NCBI RefSeq assembly: GCF_020745735.1
Contig: NW_026867489.1
Coordinates: forward strand, 310,001-374,000
Length of the DNA stretch: 64,000 nucleotides
From: Hemiscyllium ocellatum
Lineage: Eukaryota
Reading direction: 5' to 3'
Shown here: positions 37,250 through 50,781 of the stretch, piece after piece
How positions within the stretch are numbered: position 1 is the stretch's first letter
Layout of the letters: each line of letters starts with the position of its first letter
Notes under the pieces: model-generated
Told to the model about the DNA's origin: nothing
Database searches by the model: none
What the model saw: the letters and a program-made list of their open reading frames with translations, nothing else
Program-made: the position numbers and the translations under genes

Positions 37250-38900
37250 TCAATCTGAAGCAAGGGCAATAATGTCATGAAGAGACTTTTCATCCATGAA
37301 ACGAAAATTTAGAATAAAGGATTCATGAATAGTGATGATCTAGAAGACGAGTAAGGGAATGTTTCAGAACACAAAGATGAGAACTTATCCACCCAAATCA
37401 GAAATAAATATTCCAAGGAGACAGTCAAATTCTGCAGCTAACTGAAAATGTTAAATAGGACAAATTAAATAAATAGCATAATTTTGTGAAAAAAAATGGT
37501 GAATGGTCAAGAAATTGGTAGAATATGAAAGGATGGTTGAGTGTGAATAAAACTTTAATTAGGAGAAAAGCATTGGATTCGGAGGGATTATTGCCCTTGT
37601 TATTTTACATTGCATTTTCCTGTAGTCAGCACAAATTATACCTCAGCAATAGCGTTAACTTTGGAAATATTTGTTAGGATGGAAGTAAAGAAATGAAGAA
37701 TCAGTAAAAAAAAAATTGAGGAAATATTTCAAGTCCTATGCAAACAACAGGTCTCAAAAGATCAATCAGAAAATTTTATCTTAAGAATGTCTAAATACAA
37801 TGGTTGAAGAGATTTGCAAGATTGCTGAGATTTGGCAAAGAATACATTATCTTTATAAATAGCACAATTACGGTCTTTGTTCAAGATGTGGGGATGAAAT
37901 GACTGGGAGAGAATCGAGGAAACTACAGGACACTTATCTGAACGTGGCTGAATTGAAAATTGTACGAATCCATCGTAAAATTCACTGAAATAGCACTATT
38001 AAGCATAGAGTAATATGGCAATAAACACGTTTTTTTTTTCGAAGTGAAATCGTAATTAATTTTATTGGAATTTTATGAAATCATTACATGAGGTGTGGCT
38101 AACGTGCAATAGAAAGATGTATGTAGATTTCCTAAATATTTCTCGTAAGTTACCAAATGAATGGTTATAGTGTAGAATAAATTGTCATTGAGTAATAATC
38201 ATTACGTTTGCGTGGATAGGTAAACATGCTAGCAGGAATCAAAGAGGAGGCAAAACAGATTTGCATTAGAAAAATGCAAAGCTTGCTGTATGGCAAGGAT
38301 GAGTCCTGAGGCTTCGAGCGTTTGCAACATTTATGATTGTCATGGATAACAGGAACAAGCTATGGACGCTGAACACAATGAATGACACAAATAGGTTTGA
38401 ATGTAAGTTCTGAAGACAGTATAAGCAGATTATAAAAGAAAAATACATCAAGTGAGTGGACAAAACAGTGATAACTGGGGTATAATTTGAAAGAAATTTA
38501 GAAGAAATAATAAAAGCTAAGCTGAATGTCCACGTGAAGTGTGCTGACAGCTTTCTGGAATAACGAGGTTGTACACAAAGACATCAAGTAGATGAGGAAC
38601 TGGATAGATTTTACTGATTAATATGGCAGAAATATAATTTTAATATCGTGAAGTTATGCTTCAATTTCAAAGGCATAAAGCCACCACATGTAATGTACTG
38701 TCCACAGTATAGGTATCCTGATTTAAGGATTGCTATAAATGGTTTGCAAGCAATTCAGAGAAGGTAAGATTTACCAGAATGATTCATGGCACGTCAAAGG
38801 TTCTTGCGATTATCAGCTGAAGAACTCGGTATTACAACTCCATGTTTTCCACTTTTCCTTCCCCAACTCAGAGAAATGTAAGTTTGCCACTCATCTCTTC
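37250..38900 (+). mobile_element. Heavily decayed CR1 LINE in GPCR intron
   Basis: Degenerate RT-region landmarks such as gatgtatgtagatttcc...taagttacca and gatttacca-gaatgatt. No open frame. Confidence 0.55.
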
Positions 38901-39375
38901 TGTTTCTGTATATATCTTAAATCAATTGCTGTTATTGATAGCACCGAATAATGTCACGGCATTTAATTAAGAGGAGCCATATTTGATCCTCAGTGATGTG
39001 TAAACCGTGTTACTGTCAGCTTCCACACTCGTTGTCTTACCCACGACATAATTTTCTATAAGGCTTTGATATTATTATTTCACCGGATCACTTAACGAAT
39101 CAATGTTAATGTAGACTTGACTCAGAATTGTTCTTCTTCTCTACTAAAATCCAGCAGCTTGTTTAGTATTCCTTATCCATTTACAAACATATTTTTAAGC
39201 TGTAAGTATATTTTGAATGTGGTGACGATTCCATCTACTGAAAAGTGTAAATATCACCGAATAATATGTTTCAAAAGCATTCGGTTAAATGGACAATTTA
39301 CTAGAAGTCAAAGAAGTAATTTTCCTGTTCTCTCTCCCTCTCTTTCTCTCACTCTTCGTGTTTTCACTGTTATAG

Positions 39376-40274
39376 CTAATTTGACAGTAATTGCAATCCT
39401 ATCTCGAAGAAAATGCGGCCTGTCTGGATGTATGCGTCTTTATCTGTTGTTCATGGCGTTGACAGATCTGCTAGTCCTGGTCACTGCTGTAATATTAAAC
39501 AAGATTGCTGGGATTTACTATCAATACAGTTTCCTATCCATCAGTCCAGTGTGCAGTCTCCGTACTGTGTTAACTTCCATTGCCTTTTTGAGCTCAACTT
39601 GGTTAACTGTCACTTTCACCTTTGATCGATTTGTGATGATTTCATGTCCGAAGCTGAAAATAAAATATTGCACCAAAAATGCAGCAGCACGGGTCATAGG
39701 AATTGTGTTTGCAATGTGTATTATAACAAGTGCATTTTGGTACTTTGTATACGAACCTGTGTATACAGTTAACAATGTACCCTGGTTCTGCAAGCCAAAA
39801 TTAATATTTTACGTGTCACCTGAGTGGGCAGCATATGACTTAATTCGTAGCATTTTGAACCCTCTTCTCCCATTCATTCTGATTTTACTACTCAATGCTC
39901 TGACGGTTAGAAGCATTCTTGTCGCAAATATTGCCCGCAGGAGACTCCGGGCCCAGAATCACGGAGACAATCAGAGTGATCCAGAGATGGAGAAGAGGAG
40001 AAGATCCATTGTACTACTCTTTGCAATTTCAGGCAGTTTCCTCTTGTTGTATTTGTTATCTTTTATAACGATCCTGTATGTCCGAATTGGCAAAGTTACC
40101 TATTTTTCAGGTTCAAATATCACTAAATCGACATTTATCATTGAGGAGACTGGATTTATGCTTATATTTTTGTGTTCCTGCATTAACCCGTTTATTTATG
40201 CTGGAACTCAAAACCAATTTAGAGACGAGTTAAAGAATGGGCTTAAATACCCACTGCGTCAATATCTTAAATAA
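39376..40274 (+). CDS. GPR139-like class A GPCR, coding exon 2 (TM1 to stop); full CDS 969 nt, 322 aa
   Basis: A pyrimidine tract and ttatag acceptor end at 39375. Motifs: MALTDLL (TM2), TFTFDRF (DRY-like), PFILILLLN (TM5), CINPFIY (NPxxY). Exon 1 (70 nt) plus exon 2 (899 nt) gives 323 codons. Confidence 0.93.
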
Positions 40275-42549
40275 TTCAAAATACGGAAATTGCAACAGAC
40301 AATCGTGTGCAATGTTCCAAATGCATATTATAACAAAGTGGAGAACATAAAATATAAAATATAAAGTTAAAGAATTTGCAAAAGAAATTAGTACTATTAG
40401 GATTTCTGTATGTTTTATTCACTTGATTGCTTTCAGTGTCACCTATAAAGCCAGCATTTGTTGCCCTTCATAATTCCAGACATTAAGTAACCTAAGATGG
40501 TGACTGGTATGAAATAAATACAAACTTTGCCAACTGTTAGATTCAGTAAATTAATGTTCCGGTTATTTCACGGATTGTAACGCACTATCATACAAGTAAT
40601 TGATTGAATGCCAAATGTGCCATTAATGGAGACAAAGGCTAATATTGCATGAATGAATAAAGCAAGCGCGTGCAAAGATAAATCAGTCAAGATCTGGGGT
40701 AAGATAAACAGAAATGGTCAATTTGGATTTAACGTTGAAAAGAACAAGAAAATAGAATCTGAGATGTAAATGCTTTTGTACACAGGAGAGAAAGTTTTTT
40801 TTTAATTACTGAGTCAGAGAGCTCAGTAATTGAATGAAGTGGCTGTCAGCTTCAATCCCGGGATAATTAAACTGGTGAAGTTATTTACTGCCTGGACTCC
40901 GAAACAGTCTTCGGAAAAATCTACTTTACATTCAAATTCACTTGAATGTTTCCACTAAACAAACTGAAGCTGTGAGTCCGGATGCTGTCTGTACCAGAAT
41001 AAATAATAGTCGTTCCAAGTCCATTTACAGAAACAAATTAAAGTCATTGTTTTTTTCCTTCTGAATAAATATCCAAGGATAATGGCTGAATGATAGAATA
41101 TCCATGACTCATATCTGAAAAGATAACATGTTCAATGAGAAAAATATTTGAGATATGGTTATTCCAAATTCAGAATGAAACCATGTTCTATCAATGAGGG
41201 AAATGATGGACAGTGCTGCATCATAATTACCTATCAGGATTGTTCCTTGCTCAGTCCAGACACCAATAAGTGCACTGTCCTGACAGCTCTGTGCAAAGGG
41301 TATTGAGTATTTCAAAACATTGATTTTAATTCCTATCCTCAAGTCTTCTGACATGTCTCATCTCACAGTCTTATGCCCCCAGAATGCAATGATACTGACG
41401 GGAAGTATATCAGCTCCAATTGATCGGATGCATTTCAAGAGAGGCTAGGACCAGTGATCATACAGGAGAGCCTTTTCCACTTTATTTAAGATTGATACCT
41501 ATGCCTGCTGTTTTAAATATTGTTGTATGTGACATTAATGTCATTTGTTTCGTCACCATTTACTTCTCATCCTTAATTTCCTGGCGAAAATGGGAGTGGT
41601 GTTCCTTCATGATGCCATACGGCATATGTGGTACGGTGTGATTGGTGGTGGAGATGGAGACGGTGGGGCAGGGTTTTTGGTAGGTTTCTAGTATTCCTGC
41701 GAAACTACAGGGGGGAGGGGGTATTTATATCGTATTAGTCATTATGGTAAATGATTTGGAGATAAACGTGCAGCTGGTAATATCACCTTGAAGGTCAGGG
41801 ATTTAAATGGCATTAGGTTTATTTGGACTCAACAGCTTCGATGAAATTCAGCGTGTCTAATTGCCTGGGCACTGGTAGTAGCGACTCCCGTGTTCCGACC
41901 TCCAGATCACAGTAATTCAAATGATACTATAAAGTTCCAAACGATCCATGCATCTAACATGATATAAAGTTGGCATCCGCTGTTATTGAGGAAACAATTA
42001 GGAAGAATATGTCATTTTTCTAACGTAAACCACGTTTCAAACGTCGTCTTTGACTGTAGTTCTCGCATAAAACGTGATTCACGTTCTAGCTCCTTGGGCC
42101 TGCTCTTCTTCGTGCCTGTGAGAATAGATTTGATAAATCACAATCTTCAGATTAGAGATTGCCAGTGAGAGAGAACATAGAGTTTAGCATCAATACTATG
42201 CATTTTTTTTTCTCCTTTATTGCCAAACAACAGGTCGAAGCCTGGCGATTTAACCAAACACCATTGAATACCCCACATTGGATTCCAGAACTCTAACAAG
42301 AGCTCAATAGCATGAGAGGGTGATATGGCACAGTAATAAACTATTCGGCGCATCGTGTGTATGGCAACCAACAAACACGAATTTACATGAATTCCCTTTG
42401 TCTTGACCAGACCATGTCCCACTTATGGGTTAAGTGTTGGCCTAGTGGTTCGAATCCCACCACGACAGATGGTGGAATTTGAATTCAACAAAAATCAGGA
42501 ATTAAGGATTAAAAAATGACGGTGAATCCGTTGTCGATTGTGGGGGGAA

Positions 42550-44330
42550 AATAAAAACCAAACTGGTTTACTAATGAAATCCTCGGCACTCTTGTCTAAG
42601 TCATTCATGTCCATAGAAAGCAACAAGGTTGCCAGAATCGATTCTTGAGGTAGGCCTCTCGTTCCAGGCTTCCAATCACAAAAATGGAGATCCACCATCA
42701 CCTTTTGTCTCCTATTTGCCAATTTTCAAACAATTTTGCCAACAGATTCATGTTTTAAAGTTGTGGAAGAGGCTTCCATGGTGGAACGTTGTCAAAGGCT
42801 TCACTAAAGTCTAGGTAAACCACTGTCCTACCTCCATTAATCAATTTCATAGCCTTTCCAAATGATACTCAATTAAATTAAGCAGACATGATATTGTATG
42901 ACCAAAACAGTGTGTTGGCAATGCATTCCGGGCATCTGCCACCACTGTATGAAACATTTGTTGCGTGTATCCACCTTATACTTTTCACCTCTAACCTTGA
43001 ACGCGTGGTCTCCCGTTATTGAATCCATTATCCTGGGAAAAAAAATTATCTCTATGCACCCTGTCTGTTCGCTTCATGATTTTGTAGACATCAAACAGGT
43101 CCCCCGTCTCCATTTTTCTAAGGAAAGCAATCCTAACTTACTCAACCTCGCTTCATGCCTTGCAAATTCCATACCAGGCAACATTCTCGTAAAATTTCTC
43201 TGCACCCTGTCCAACGCTTTCACATCCGTTTGCTAATGTGGCGACCAGAACTGCACACAGTATTTTATATGCGGCCGAAGCAATGTCTTGTACAGTTTTG
43301 GCATGACCTATCAGCTTTTAACTCAATACCCAGTTCTATGAAGGCAAGCATACAATATGCCTGCTTGACCACTCTATCCACCTTTGCAGCCATCTTCAAG
43401 GTACAATGTACCTGAAATCCCAGATCTCTTTGCTCATCAATTTTGTTTTCCCAAGGCTCTTCCGTTTACAGTGTTCTTTCCTCTAGAATTAGACTTCCCA
43501 AAATACATCACCTCACATTTGCCTGGATTGAACTCCATCTGCCACCTCTCCATCCAACTTTCCAGTCTATCTATATTGTCATATATTCTTTGACAATCAC
43601 CGATGCGTTTTGCTTCTCCAACAATATTCGTGTCATCTGCAATCTAACTGATGAGACTAACACTGTCCTCCTCCAGATCTCATTAAAAAATTATAAAAAA
43701 ATTTCCCACTGGGGTGGCACAGTGCCGCAGTAGTTAGCAATGTTGCCTCACAGTGCGTCGTACAAGGGTTCAATTCCAGTCTCGGGCGACTGTCTGTGTG
43801 GAGTTTATACATTCTCCCTTTGTCTATGTGGTTTGGCTCCGGGTGTTCTGGTTTTTTCCCACGATCCAAAAATGTGTTGGTGAGGTGAATTGGCCATGAT
43901 GATTTGTCCATAGTGTTCAGTGTATCAGTGAAGGGAAATGAGTCTGGATGGGTCGGTGTAGATTTGTTGGGACGAAGGACCTGTTTCCACTATGTAGGTA
44001 ATCTAATCTAATCTCATCAAAATTAGATGTACTTGCAAGCTTTCTTTCCCCATCTAAATCTGCCAGATCCTATTTAATGATATTGACCTCGGCTTTCCTC
44101 GAATTTATATATTTAATTTCTACCCCAAGCTTACCACTTTTCACAATAAATTCAAAACTTTCAGTGTTATGGGTATTATCCCGATAAATGTAGCACATTG
44201 ACACTTCCATCACTTGGCCGATTTCATTAGTCAATTGGCCCCTCTACTAAGTATGGATAAAAGCCTTTCAACGTTCAGATGGATTCTGTGGGCAGAAAAG
44301 AATCCATGTGGTTTGGACCTGCTTTATTAT
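42550..44330 (-). mobile_element. CR1 LINE fragments interrupted by a SINE
   Basis: ccaggcaacattctcgtaaaatttctctgcaccc...gcgaccagaactgcacacag...gaactccatctgccac are reverse-complement CR1 ORF2 landmarks. Minus-strand ORF: CDWKPGTRGLPQESILATLLLSMDMNDLD. Confidence 0.8.
43711..44014 (+). mobile_element. Full-length HE1/V-SINE
   Basis: tRNA-like head ggggtggcacagtgccgcagtagttagc...ggttcaattcc, V-SINE core and (aatct)3 tail. Confidence 0.9.
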
Positions 44331-46094
44331 CCAGTTTCCTTGATCATCATAGTCACAACCGGAAGGGTCTTCAGACACCACATCCCAAGATGCGTCTCGC
44401 ATTTCCACGTTGATATTCAGATTACATTTGCCACACTTTCTATTGGTTTCTCCTTTATTTTGGTTATTATCGAATAATAAATTTTATTTTCAGAAACTAA
44501 TCCTTCAATATGGGCAATATCGGCTTCATGCGATAATGTTTCTTTCTGCATAAGTATAATGCATTCATGAGTTTTGCGGTGCAAACCATTTAGCATTGCA
44601 AATAAAGAAGACGCAATAAAATTCAATTTGTCTTCTCACAAAATTCTCCACCTTATTCCGTGTAATGCAATCGCAATATTTATAACATCTTTGTCTCCGT
44701 GTGTTGATGCCCTGATGAACACACCAGACCTTCGTTGATCCCATTTATTGCACTTCTGCACAACTCCTCTGCACTGTGACGACAGAACTGTTGCTACAGT
44801 TCACCGGTATGAAAGCTCCATTTAGTATACACTCACCAAATTCAGAAGCAAGGTTGTTGTACTTGTTCTGCTTTATCTCTGGACCAGAAAGAAAGACATG
44901 GTGCTTTCAATTGAAGAGCATCAGCATACTTAATCTATTCAGCTTATTTTCTTTGTGCAGGTTAATACAGAATATGTTCTACAATTCTGGAGGTTTATAA
45001 TCATCCTCCATGTATCTTGAGTAAATAACTCAGAATTTTCCGAGAGGATTGCATGTCCCAGATTAGGGTGCTGCCAGCGTAGGTTCTCGAGTAGCAGCAG
45101 TGCAGATTTATGTACTCGCTGTTCCAGACAATAGATTCAGATTAATTTTATGACACTGAATCATTTTACTCATTCTTGTGTCACAATTACAAGGTGGTTC
45201 AGTGGCGAAGGAAGAAAACCGCTCCCTGGAAAGCCACTCACGATTAAGAATAAAACATTTTAATAGTATATAAGTCCATTATCATTGGCGAGGAATACAG
45301 AAAGCAAGTCGTATCCAGTTTATACTTTGAAAGAAAATGCCAATTCATTTAAATGTGTTGATCTCCTCGCCTGAAATTAAAACGTAACCAGGTTCAGCCT
45401 TCATTTACTGAGAAACTGAGTGTGTTCCCTAAATACAGTACTGAAAACATTGTCAGCAGATGACAGCTGCACACCAAGCAATGAGACCCGTCGACATTAA
45501 CTTCCTCTAATTCGTGTCAGATTCTTCTCTGACATTCTTAGTTTCCCTTTGTTCTGTATTTTTGCGCTGATCTCTTCTTCTCCCTGATGAGACTACCTCT
45601 GATTGATATAGATATTCCCTCTGCCATAAAATATATGCTAATTAATCTAATGTCATAATTTCACGGACTTTAGGGAAATAAATTGCTGTTCTCACTGGTC
45701 AGGATGACATGTGATTCACGAGCCACGACCTTGTGTTTGATTCTTAACTGCCGTTCAGCCTTTAAAGGACAGATAATAAATGTGAACTTTGTCACTAAAG
45801 CCGACATTCATTCAATGATTAAAAACAAAATCTTGGCAATGATCGCAGAGTTTGATGGAGTGGGCAAATATAATCACAATACCAAATTAGCCAGCAGGTG
45901 ATGGGAACGCAATTGCGGAATTTTCAGATTGATCCTGGACTGAAAGTGAAGCAACAAACGTTGTGACTAATATTTTATGTTCAATGAAACCCTACGTCAG
46001 ATTCAGTCAATCCCAAATAATGCAAACTGTTTTCCATGACATCATGACCGAGATCATATGTTCATGATTAATTAAATGCTCTGCAGTGTGAGAG

Positions 46095-46250
46095 GAGGCG
46101 AGAGACACAGAGTTTGAGAGAGATATAGAGAGAGAGAAAATGAGGAAGGGGCAGAGAGGGAGGGAGAGACAGAGAGAGACATGGAGACGAACAATAGAGA
46201 TAGGTAGAGAAAGGAAAAGAGAGAGAGAGAGACCGATAGATTGACAGAGA
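46095..46250. repeat. GA-rich simple repeat
   Basis: Imperfect (GA)n/(GAGACA)n tract. Confidence 0.85.
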
Positions 46251-46499
46251 GACAGCACGAGTAACTGAAAGCGTGTGAGAGGGACAGTGGTCCCTTTCCA
46301 TTGTAGTTTCAACAAGCGCATGATTGCAGACAGTCAATCGCTGAGTGTGAGTTAATGAGAACTCACGCCTGGCGTGCTAACTCTGATTTCTCTCCACAGA
46401 AGCTGGAAGACATCCTGAGCTTTTCCAGCATCTTTTGTGTTTGTCTCCCAGAACATTCTCAGCTTCATTCAGAAAAAGATAGAATAGAAAAAGTGAGTG

Positions 46500-47970
46500 C
46501 TGCGCCCACAGCCACTGACCTGCTGTTTGAACATGGTAGAGTAATTGTCATCAGCTTGCAAGTTTCCTTCCTGAGCTGGTAAATTTGTTCTCAGACGATG
46601 TGTCACCTTGGTAAGTAACTCCGATGATGCTCTTGTGTTCTGTCCCACTTCATATTTATGTGTGTTGGCATGTTGTAAGGCTGGAACATGGCGTCCAAAT
46701 CGATGTGTTCCAGTTTGAATGCCAGGCCACCTACAATGCCAGTGGGTGGCTTTGTATAGCATGTCCAAGAAAGGATGAATTGTCCCAGTCGAATTGGGCT
46801 CCCTCTTCATGTGTGTGTGGATATTGGTCATATGTTTCCTGCGTTTTAGTGGCTAGTTGGTGTTCATGCAATCTGGAAGCTAGTTTCCTGCCCGTCTGTT
46901 TACAGTAACGTTTGTTGCAATTCTTGAAGGGTATTTTGTATATGACATTCCTTCTGCTGGTTGATTGTAAGCCGACCTTTAAATTAACAGGAGCTGTTTC
47001 AGTATGTGGCATGTTGACCAGAAGCTGCAGTCCTGCTATCCGCATTTCCGAGATGTCTTTAACGTACAGCAGGGTTGCTGGAGACTCTGGCGTGTTGTGT
47101 CTTCTTGTTGAGGTCTGTCGTGTAGAAACCAGCAGACTGTGCTTATTGGGTAGCTGGTATTCCTGAATACACTGCATACTTGTTTTTGTCTCGGCTTTTC
47201 GTATTCCCTTGGTGCTGCCAGGTGTTATGGCTTTTGTAAACAATGTCCTGACGCTGCTCCATTTGTGGGTAATCGGAAGATTGCTTCTGTAGTTGAGTAT
47301 CTGGTCAGTGTGTGGATTTTATTTGTAAACGCTGGTCTGTGGCTCTTTCCAATCGTTTTTCATTCTATTGTGATATCCAGGAGGGGGGAGTCTGTTGTTG
47401 TTCTCTTCCACTTTGGCGAACTTTATACCGGTAGGGATTTTTTTTGTGTATGTTTGTGGGTTTCTTCTCATTTGTTACATTTCGTGATGACTAATTTGCT
47501 ATCTCGGAGACTCAAATCTTTGGCTGGATCGTGGAAAGGCCTGATCGTTCTAATATCTGCCTAACTGCTTCTGCTAAGAGTCCTGATATTGGTGCTCAAC
47601 TATCACTGGCATTTATACACACAGACGATGATGGACACCAGTTCGACTGGGAAAATGCATCCATCCTGAGACAGGCTAAACAAATAAGCACATGGGTATT
47701 CCTAGAGGGCTAGCAATCAAAACATTTACGATCTTCATTAACAAACATGTCGATTTGGATACCATTACCACCCAACTAGAAAAAGAACCGGAAGTGATAC
47801 CAACAACCATAGCAGCCGAATACACATAAAATGCAAGCTGAAAAATACAGCAGTGCTTTATCGGAGGCTCACTGATGATATAACTTAGCATGGTGACGAT
47901 ACGTCTGAGAACAGATCTACCCGCTAGGGGAGTAAACTTACAACCTGAGCTGCAAATCTCCCCAAACACC
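46500..47970 (-). mobile_element. Penelope-like retroelement relic with inverted terminal copy of its 3' end
   Basis: Minus-strand ORF NVIYKIPFKNCNKRYCKQTGRKLASRLHEHQL is GIY-YIG endonuclease-like. The segment ~47600-47960 (+) repeats ~46540-46860 in inverted orientation (FDWDN/FDWEN region; gtctgagaaca motif). Confidence 0.88.
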
Positions 47971-48639
47971 GCAAATGACTTGTCATGTTTCAATACTCTG
48001 TCTTTTCAATTAAAGGTCCAAGTGGTCCAATTATATCCACACGAACGTTTAACCTGAGTAAAAAAAAAACCTTTCTGCTTATCAGTTCGATTGCTCCTGT
48101 CCTGTTTGGAGAGTGGTGACTGATGCAGCCATTGCAAAACAGTAGATAATGTGATGTTCAGTCGAACTGCTGCGTTACACACGGACAATATCATCGTGTA
48201 ATATTTAACTCGAAAAACTATAAATGAAATTCATGTCATTTAAATTTAGAACTGGCACAATTTGATTGATAACATACATACCAGAAATAGAAAAAAACGA
48301 AAGAAGCAACCGCAAAAAGAAAACCCACGAAAATCTGTAGACCACGATGTCAGATGGTGGTGTTCTGGTGATATTAGTCCGCCAGCAATCCCGTATGTCT
48401 GACTTATGCTTTGCAGGCAGATCACATGGTGAATTATAAATTCAGATGGTAAATTCGCAAGGCATGTTCAAGGCAATTATGGAAGGACAACGAATCGCAT
48501 CTTTCCCAGTGAGATGCGCATTTCATGTCGGTAAGAGTAAAAATAAAACCGTCAAATGTTGAAAGCATATGCATTCTCATGATTACCACTTAACAAGTAA
48601 AACTTTTAAGATTAATTAGCATCATTTTGAGGTGCAGGC

Positions 48640-49290
48640 TGCATTTTAAAATATGTTAACTGTCACTCGCAACGGAACTCTGCCCAATAACCTGTATGTG
48701 ACAATTCTCGATAGATTTACATCTCTCTGAGGGAAGATATTCTTCCTTATTTCTGTCTTAAACTCGCGTTGCTTCATTCTAGGATTATGAACTTTTGTTC
48801 TACAATCTCTCTTGACTTGGAGATTTCCTCTCAGCATTTATCCTGTAAAGATCCATCAGAAACCCAACAGTTTGAATAAGATCTCCCTTCATTCTTTTGA
48901 ATTCTAGTGTATAGAGGCCAAACCGGTTTAATCTTTGTTCATGAAAAAAGCTTTTCAGACCAAGGATCACTTCATTAAACATTCTCTGAATTAACTCCAG
49001 AAAAATTATATCTTTCTGTAAATGAATCATGCGTCTCTATACATCAACTTCATGGAGCTGAACTATCAGTCCAACAGTGCTCATATGGACTGTAAACAGG
49101 ACGAAGTGAACTATTTTTCTTCGCTGAACCCAGTTCCCAGACTTAAATTATTGAATGTCTTCATTTAATCCCTGCCCTTGCACACTTCCATTCATATCTG
49201 CCCCTCTGATGTCTAGAACGTGATTTTAAAAACGAGCAGTTAGTTGTTGGACCTTAACTGCTGACTCTGCAACAAGCCATTCGGCAGATA
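48640..49290 (-). mobile_element. CR1 LINE 3' fragment
   Basis: Minus-strand ORF LNRFGLYTLEFKRMKGDLIQT...REFKTEIRKNIFPQRDVNL. Confidence 0.8.
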
Positions 49291-49587
49291 CTACGAATAC
49301 TACTCATCATTAATTCAATTTTTGAGATAAAATATTTCAAAATCAGGTTGCTCTCTGTATATCCGCACTAAATGCCTGCAAACGTGAGTTCTTTTTAAAT
49401 TGATTCTTTATAACTGCACCTCTCATAACTTGTAATTCTAGGTAAACCCTGTGCACTGTTCCACATACAGGATTCACTGATATCGTTTTAAATGAACTTT
49501 CTCTTTATTAGGAAATTTTTCAGTCGGCAGATGATTTGGCTACCAATGCATCTTGATAATATATTGAAATTCTCGATTTCCAATTTT

Positions 49588-50781
49588 GTTCAGTTAAGGC
49601 AGACTTCGTCTCACAAGAATCAGTTTCACTGATAAGGTTCAGTTTTATAAGATTTAAAAGGGGTCTGGACCAAGTGGGTCAATGGGCTGAAAATAGTTGA
49701 TAGATTTCAAATTGTATAAATGTGAGGTAATGCATTTTGGTGTAACTGAAAGGGTTATGCAATTAATGGTATGGCCTTGGGCTTAACTGTAGAACAGAGC
49801 AACATAGAGATTCAGGTTTATCACTCTTAGCATTTTGCGTCAAATGTACACAGGGTGCGTAAAAAGGCGTTTGGCATGCTTGCATTCATTACTCAGGCCT
49901 TTGAGTATATAAATAGAGAAGTCATGTTAATTTTATACAGGGCATTCGTGAGGCCTCTTCTGGAAGACTGTGTCCAGTTCCTGTCGCCCATTTTTAAGAA
50001 GGATATTATTTAGCTGGAGACAGTTCAGAAGAGATTTACGGAGATGTTGCCGGGAATGGAAAATTTGAGTTATAACGAAAGACTGGATAGGCTGCGACCT
50101 TTTTTCACTGTACTGTAGGACGTTGAGAGGTGATCTGATAGAGGTTTACAAAATCATGAGACATATGGATAGAGCAAATGGTAGTTGTCTTTTTGCTATT
50201 GTGAGAGATTTTAAGACAACGTGGCAGATTTATAAGGTAAAAAGAGGGAGATATAAAAATCGCAAGAGACAAATTGATTATTGAGAGGGGGGTTTGAGTG
50301 TTTGGAATGAACTTTCTGAGGAAGTTGTAGAAGCTGCAACTTGAACAATTTTAAAAACATTTGGACAGATACATGAAAAGGAAAACTTTAGCTGGACATT
50401 GAGCAGGAGCATGCAGACGGGACTAGTTGAGTTTTCGATCATGTCTGACATGGACTGGTTGCACAGAATGGTCTGTTTCCATACTTTATGATTCTATGAT
50501 TTAGTAACAAATAGTTGCAGATATTCTATCAGTGCTACTGGATATTCTTTGCATCCATATCGCCAGGATTGGGATAAGGCCCTGACCGACCTTATTTACA
50601 GCCTTAACGTTGGAGATGCTCTCATAGGTGAGAATGTTGGACTCAATTTTCTGCTGATGTCGAGCATGTGAAAGGTGAGAGTAACTTCACCATTAGTGAG
50701 CTGTGACTGTCCAACAGCACGGTGTGTTATCAGAGACAGAAAGACACAATACAAAGAAGCAGAAAGAGCCTCGCAAAAAAA
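49588..50781 (+). pseudogene. TCR V pseudogene (same family as 12382-12909) split by a CR1 insertion; degenerate RSS 50745-50781
   Basis: 5' piece ADFVSQESVSLIRF (49600-49640). 3' piece LVTNSCRYSISATGYSLHPYRQDWDKALTDLIYSLNVGDALIGENVG...NFTISEL*LSNSTVCY (50500-50735). Then CACAATA, 21 nt and GCAAAAAAA. A decayed leader may lie at ~49345-49402. Confidence 0.85.
49648..50501 (+). mobile_element. CR1 LINE 3' fragment inserted inside a V exon
   Basis: Runs from ggggtctggaccaagtgggtcaatgggctg...gtgaggtaatgcattttgg to the tail ggtctgtttccatactttatgattctatgatt. Confidence 0.88.

Noticed and set aside
39117-39375. N-terminal 86 codons of the 385-aa ORF
   Set aside because: Non-ATG start; the sequence is intronic and includes the polypyrimidine tract. 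A proper exon 1 exists at 35051.
42300-42420. VYYCAIS on the minus strand as a V segment
   Set aside because: No RSS and no recognisable upstream Cys/Trp framework. Kept only as a side note.
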